DNA from: Promethearchaeota archaeon | Lineage (GTDB): Archaea > Asgardarchaeota > Thorarchaeia > Thorarchaeales > Thorarchaeaceae | Assembly: GCA_014728035.1 (NCBI GenBank) | Contig: WJMJ01000019.1 | Location: 1 to 10,143, forward strand | DNA: 10,143 nt | Reading direction: 5' to 3' | Part shown: one piece after another, positions 9,001 through 10,143 of the stretch | Layout of the letters: the number at the start of each line of letters is the position of its first letter | Position numbering within the stretch: position 1 is the first letter of the stretch | Notes under the pieces: model-generated | What the model was told of the DNA's origin: nothing | The model's database searches: none | Seen by the model: only the letters and a program-made list of their open reading frames with translations | Position numbers and translations under genes: made by a program

Positions 9001-9169
9001 ATTTGAGTTATATTTAAATAGTACAACTGAATTTACAGAATTAAACACAGAAGGTGCTGTTTTTACTGATAATGCTTCAGTATTTGCGACCTGGACGTTA
9101 CCACAGGAACCGGATCTGGTGTATAATGCAGAGGATGAGGATCCGATTAATGCAACAGGGGGTGCATAA
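2..9169 (+). CDS. Giant multidomain extracellular/cell-surface protein (5'-truncated, at least 3055 aa): tandem MG/Ig-like domains, Cys-rich repeats, DOMON-like domain, Myxococcus-type disulfide repeat, carboxypeptidase-regulatory-like domain
   Basis: The ORF track gives 203..9169 (2988 aa). Manual translation of the same frame from base 2 has no stop (IKVNSQNGTSYTTERICVEKYEIWPSTKTLSGGNWEWEWRFASDSDAYFHVQVLNDADQPVAASKLD-VELTKL...) and continues the repeat pattern, so the start lies upstream of the window. The protein is rich in D/E/N/S/T and beta-strand patterns, has paired Cys, and has no hydrophobic helix. Stop is TAA at 9167-9169. Confidence 0.93.
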   Translation: MKVNSQNGTSYTTERICVEKYEIWPSTKTLSGGNWEWEWRFASDSDAYFHVQVLNDADQPVAASKLDVELTKLTNIITGQTYNEPSHKVLNETSKGYLIANATKGDKGQQVINLSLDSLSLASGFYQAEIEVTDDEGSVDSGMVSFQISDLDVYVETKRSGSQAFLFEPTDTVQFAVTADYFNGSDVPDGSDVTLERLLMISGTTPKTVSTDIYSSTTNTTTGGSSLITLSPKSGKQLSNGDYLAFVKVDTGEETEIREVWFMVKSFFVYAYTVPYYYAAPNQSKDVYGFVFDPDYLPMSGIDISFDGFYDVENFDLVEGITASDTQTDASGSFTLSLSSTPAIEGTYVYVIKAYNPGTGETIEYMDFLEIKEYSSIDCSLVDSDQESVTPSTSVQYKMTIKDANDNGVSNLNVSVSKFTNTNTWTDRSATTTTSGTTNANGVATITVTSPSVIGRFRPIIKVNDKELASENYASGMWPCEIGVYRTEVDLELQDQNGAATIDFSPQDNISVNFMLTNPGGGAVDMNELKLVQYVCLSPSCMQGSSPPYVTTLGAKKTSNFQSSNILQFDAPSKKGTYSLVTQAKDTSDSTTTIPATFNVVDATFDYYIWIMDTFVDSGNDARFGIDTDGNLKVNVSSIKDMDLNELIESNPGAEASFSSGYGLLYNYSTSSLEEGTYEIELCVYQDTCSATSTKKKFMFTVDPSNYVYGRPYNPSGAYTADDNITLEIILENETYEPVSLADSDVYLADVWKGNIRVNSTFNNVVVEDSPNTGWKKITLEHTKSLSPGDYEAEIGVSHSGSTYRGKIYFRVNEYEFELITNDGTPMDSTNFFFPAYSVGDDVVFNITGPVDTNGTLYVYQADGWIREDSYTTPFTLDGTGFNQSTLQFSSSGEYVAVAAIPSMDDPQHTEAHYPFDIKAGFYVEFNWDEINDQIGTADNMTINFTVYNVDGTPKNSGTVNITVEKYYNPRNWNEINDSVGITDEVNIDGSGHASFSFDPDLQTGEYVAEFSFSIGANSLMQDIWFRISSGEFFVWSHMDSYKPGDTVNINAEIKNPDWSGIADQEVEITDIKFGDSSLSPTYINTGSDFTDAKGIAQLSFDLPTDKTGDFRVTVNWTNQSEIRTKTVTSSTLNIDVFETTFSPFSGGDDYILEVYANDKDYLPLSGVQVNYTIRSENDNWNIVSGADNVDAGTTDAGGKVLINYTIPADALGGYDVEINIGNGAAKRYRWFHVSLYDVYLNLYGEVTGEDQTYADNEIPTDANVIIAVDILNSDGSGVENSTVSIQSVRQIGNNPGDEVDVTSDITSITLIDQTDSDGSAELKFGVANLTQGKDYDVEIRISDSQSNGSIMTYEHRWFRIPAYSWTVALTSDPRLNDTLNYDVDSKGPNDLVFVSINLTGEITSDTKVCLDRAENLNTWRSEWYDLCFDSQELNASNGALLFNFSAPYESGPYEAVIELRKYENNNDWWMTEKEEWLWFEVLGGSEASYQFDVWSETDNVWAGHNATFNVELWPRDGWGDVDEEQVCGNITIEEIRNSVTWKVVKTKEQLTDQWLLDSGDPFMPMKRLVVTMPSDLEAGDYMAKVKCEDLGIERETWFDIALFQTAVLMPDNVMAKQNVSFWAKLTYYNGTPLANANISLREIRNIWSNNKVVKTFNTTGQTDENGEYLGSFIAPSQPSEYELIMDVTDGTDTQKIDRWFRIRAITVDVVVGNRQKILYEGQDTSVKVTVSDSQTGAPISDARVSLNMFRHWFEGGDSATIEKTNCSIANESTDCLTDDGCYWNTTECIYLSERCNLFTGQEQNCMDEPMCWYDYSAGEVCRAEESGGAFDEGNIWEEKYTNYNGIAQFDFSGSNALSKGEYELDIDVDAYEKGWFWTHKSFIVRKINLTLATPKLMYWPGEVIEVNVTANLVNGSPVTDEYEVEAALEEAMFANMEKDMECMQKKDNATCSLDPECEWDLEMMDMGGDMEYNCDQYDGNQQGCDDDMECVWYNPDNNCYVEGDSELCSNFAGDESGCNATQSCGWISGTCEPDCDPGAYCETYCPGAADCGSRCDSCDSTEQMGMCIYREQVYDEVFNVTFDNGLAQFNFTVPSNQSAGPIMLISDIVDPNKLVEDYDGGGLVPKAVEFLDGMILVMDNGTSEFILTVENPTLGANEFVSVNISSSPEDAQKYALAPGAMHLQSAGGVISMQQLNGGGPESGKEDYYGGEIYLNPEGTTHTMVLSRNRAAEYVAMLPLVEKGSGFMMGSFENVFPVSYEVNSSAGECTRNYDCNDNDNQTWDVCVLMKCVHNNISAVECSSDYECPNTPDQGIYGICDWTGQCVNITGSCSKNSDCDDSDNQTIDYCEYYECVHENSYEVECTQSSDCTEFPSDGQDYTAFCEYGKCDYVLTSNVECTSDSDCNQGEWCDSWDHQCHYDMGGNCECNTTSECTQQPYGADTISECWCMCEYYNASDINWLYSWNTTRDGFGNESAGVEWGWEGNEDVDEAKPFWGNPGGDVILASVANDSDYLYVQMETGGFDFGGGIPYCGGSYPSSGDGYIKGERFVVYYNTTTGGNCNISDADYMYEVNFSQSSTYMVSKFYECSGGSWVEDASANAQVAVDCGFGTIDYKVNKSAIGMTDYSQIVVAVYMRSYTAYSSEWTTEECDKDGCIDVAYSSTNVSSLIDRVPNSGWQWINDTGWAGWADSGMMEMCGDGVIDGAEECDDDNMNNGDGCSDSCEIEPGYVCTGEPSSCEQATMSVDITTPNDNVYNVAGSENEVMIVYNLTGNLTLTNYSYTHIYLDDASVYNDTSTDSLGVSTYNFTNLSEAAYTLNVTLVNNTKGIISTDTINFSVQYDLHSLSGYVLDTQNNPIEGVLVDIMQEGQGFSDNVLTTAQGFYNISSIPLGNYSFNAEKNETYIFGVWTNSMFLINDSYELNLTWLNITVNSTPDKTEYNKSLGENVTLNVSVINYEGSDLFDWNISASLYFDNGTYYEELDEIIAPIVLNSSIWKNSTFELYLNSTTEFTELNTEGAVFTDNASVFATWTLPQEPDLVYNAEDEDPINATGGA
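5300..5467 (+). repeat. Cys-rich block 1: two C-x8/9-C-x5-C-aromatic-aromatic-x4/7-C units (8 Cys)
   Basis: CSIANESTDCLTDDGCYWNTTEC and CNLFTGQEQNCMDEPMCWYDYSAGEVC in the translation. Confidence 0.85.
5828..6205 (+). repeat. Cys-rich block 2: three units of the same type plus a 6-Cys module (18 Cys)
   Basis: CMQKKDNATCSLDPECEW..., CDQYDGNQQGCDDDMECVWYNPDNNC, CSNFAGDESGCNATQSCGWISGTC, then CDPGAYCETYCPGAADCGSRCDSC and a final GMC. Confidence 0.85.
6806..7354 (+). repeat. Cys-rich block 3: six tandem C-x5-C-x(5-13)-C-x(3-6)-C units (26 Cys)
   Basis: CTRNYDCNDNDNQTWDVCVLMKCVH / CSSDYEC...CDWTGQC / CSKNSDCDDSDNQTIDYCEYYECVH / CTQSSDC...CEYGKC / CTSDSDCNQGEWCDSWDHQC / CECNTTSEC...CWCMC. Confidence 0.88.
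7376..8042 (+). other. Putative DOMON-like / CBM9-superfamily ligand-binding domain within gene 1
   Basis: Ordered motifs GDVILASVANDSDYLYVQME, RFVVYYNT..GG, DADYMYEV, FYECSGGSW, GTIDYKVNKSAIG and IDRVPNSGW. These resemble the D-I-xxxxxxD-xxYLY / Y.IY.D / ADY / E..IP.S.LG / D..P motif order I associate with DOMON-like sugar-binding folds. Recognised by eye only. Confidence 0.5.
8093..8218 (+). repeat. Myxococcus-type cysteine-rich (disulfide) repeat / DUF4215-like module, single copy
   Basis: CGDGVIDGAEECDDDNMNNGDGCSDSCEIEPGYVCTGEPSSC closely fits the known consensus CG[DN]GxxxxxEECDDGNxxxGDGCSxxCxxExG[YW]xCxGxPSxC. Confidence 0.9.
8531..8783 (+). other. Carboxypeptidase-regulatory-like (CnaB/transthyretin-like) beta-sandwich domain within gene 1
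   Basis: SLSGYVLDTQNNPIEGVLVDI...TTAQGFYNISSIPLGNYSFNAEK matches the I-x-G-x-V-x-D-xx-G-x-P-I-x-G-A-x-V...T-xxx-G-x-Y-x-I-xx-L-P-x-G-x-Y signature. Confidence 0.75.
9157..9164 (+). promoter_or_regulatory. Shine-Dalgarno site for gene 2, embedded in the last codons of gene 1
   Basis: AGGGGGTG (close to GGAGGTG) ends 7 nt before ATG 9172 and is formed by the terminal Thr-Gly-Gly-Ala codons (ACA GGG GGT GCA TAA). Confidence 0.7.
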
Positions 9170-9171
9170 AA

Positions 9172-9255
9172 ATGACAGGAAACAAAATGAAAAAGACAAT
9201 AATATTGCTGCTGTCTGTATTTTCAATTTTACTTTTTTCAGGGATAGCTTATGCG
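9172..9255 (+). other. Sec/SPI signal peptide of gene 2
   Basis: Basic n-region (KMKK), hydrophobic h-region (TIILLLSVFSILLFSGI), and an A-Y-A cleavage motif. Confidence 0.88.
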
Positions 9256-10143
9256 ACATCGTGTTCGGTTGCAGCAAGTGATACTGCAGTGATAGGAGCA
9301 GATGAAGATATCTCATTGACGTGTTCAGAGATTGGTTCTGGAAATACAGTTACTATTGAGCCAAGCGGGTTTTCAACACAATGCATCACACTTGATTCTG
9401 CAAGTAAGCAGGTTTCAACAAGTAGCCCGACAACAACATTTTCAGTTACTGGTGTAAGCATGTCCTGCAGTTTGTCTGTTTCAGACAGGACAGTAGACTG
9501 GACTTTTACACATTCAGGAGGAAATTCAATAGCTTCGAAATCAACTGTATATAATGTTGTTCCGATGCCAAGCATAACCCCGAGCTTTGATGAGCCGGTT
9601 TACTCGGCAAGCAATGATTCATCCAATGTTACAGTAACTTTAGCTTTGACAACTTCGCAATCAGAAGTTGATATAAGAAATATTGAGCTTCTTCTTACAA
9701 CGAGTTTTAATGGTACTGAGCTTGAGAATATTGCCGGGTTAGAGAACAAGACACAGGAGAACGGGACAAGCATTACTATTGATGTTTCAGAGTCAACAAC
9801 ACAATATGTAACGTGGAATCTTGAGCTTCCGCCTTTGCCACCGGGGTCAACTTATGATTTTAATGTAAGCTTGACATCAGACAATGCTAACCCCACTATG
9901 GCTACTGCTTTGATAAATGTATCTTCAGGAGGAGGCGAAACAACTATTGAGTATACTTATGGCACAGCAGAGAGTTGGTATCTAATAAGTATTCCAGTAG
10001 GACTTGATGATTCTTCTGTAAGTTCAGTATTTTCAGATATGAATGATTTTTACGAATTATGGCAGTGGGATGCAGATTCACAATCCTGGGAAGGATATTT
10101 TAAAGGATTTCCGGGAAATGATTTTTCAAATGTGAATGCTTCA
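9172..10143 (+). CDS. Secreted Ser/Thr-rich beta-sandwich protein with Sec signal peptide (3'-truncated, at least 324 aa); absent from the supplied ORF track
   Basis: Manual translation is open from ATG 9172 (alternative ATG 9187) to the window end: MTGNKMKKTIILLLSVFSILLFSGIAYA|TSCSVAASDTAVIGADEDISLTCSEIG...YVTWNLELPPLPPGSTYDFNVSLTSDNAN...AESWYLISIPVGLDDSSVSSVFSDMNDFYELWQWDADSQSWEGYFKGFPGNDFSNVNAS. It starts 2 nt after the gene 1 stop, with an RBS upstream. Confidence 0.92.
   Translation, partial: MTGNKMKKTIILLLSVFSILLFSGIAYATSCSVAASDTAVIGADEDISLTCSEIGSGNTVTIEPSGFSTQCITLDSASKQVSTSSPTTTFSVTGVSMSCSLSVSDRTVDWTFTHSGGNSIASKSTVYNVVPMPSITPSFDEPVYSASNDSSNVTVTLALTTSQSEVDIRNIELLLTTSFNGTELENIAGLENKTQENGTSITIDVSESTTQYVTWNLELPPLPPGSTYDFNVSLTSDNANPTMATALINVSSGGGETTIEYTYGTAESWYLISIPVGLDDSSVSSVFSDMNDFYELWQWDADSQSWEGYFKGFPGNDFSNVNAS

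Noticed and set aside
2-9169. Calling gene 1 an alpha-2-macroglobulin
   Set aside because: No CxEQ thioester motif or helical thioester domain is visible. SSCEQ near 8216 is the last Cys of the disulfide repeat and has the wrong spacing.
8300-9169. Diversity-generating retroelement target, suggested by the Asn-rich (AAY) C-terminus
   Set aside because: I saw no template/variable repeat pair, reverse transcriptase or C-type lectin motif in the window. The Asn residues are explained by N-X-S/T sequons.
9247-9264. Possible lipobox in gene 2 (AYATSC)
   Set aside because: The -3 residue is Ala rather than L/V/I, a good A-Y-A SPI site precedes it, and the Cys is one of four that can form two disulfides.
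1959-9281. Short alternative-frame + strand ORFs (1959..2177, 5379..5597, 5934..6245, 7152..7379, 7422..7637, 9054..9281)
   Set aside because: They overlap the real genes out of frame. Their Met/Val/Ile richness results from reading GAT/TGT/AAT codons in a shifted frame.
9-9575. Short minus-strand ORFs in the track (for example 9..215, 1156..1392, 5614..5922, 9249..9575)
   Set aside because: All lie antisense to the two long + strand genes and show no recognisable motifs. Several are codon-aligned shadows of the sense frame.

Overview
The window is almost entirely coding on the + strand and holds two genes, both cut by the window edges. Gene 1 is a giant acidic, Cys-paired, probably secreted or surface protein. 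Its frame is already open at base 2, so the GTG at 203 is not the true start, and the visible part is 3055 aa. By eye it has about 18 tandem, diverged macroglobulin(MG)/Ig-like beta-sandwich domains, two of which carry Cys-rich C-x8/9-C-x5-C-aromatic modules inserted into the same loop. These are followed by a six-unit Cys-rich array, a DOMON/CBM9-like domain, a Myxococcus-type disulfide repeat, and a C-terminal Ig/carboxypeptidase-regulatory-like region dense in N-X-S/T sequons. There is no C-terminal membrane anchor and no alpha-2-macroglobulin thioester motif. Gene 2 starts at 9172 and is missing from the ORF track because it has no stop in the window. It has a clear Sec signal peptide, and its ribosome-binding site lies inside the last codons of gene 1. 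The GGGGGTG-type RBS, AGA/AGG arginine usage and sequon density suggest an archaeon, possibly DPANN; this is inference. All domain names come from motif recognition by eye, not from database searches.
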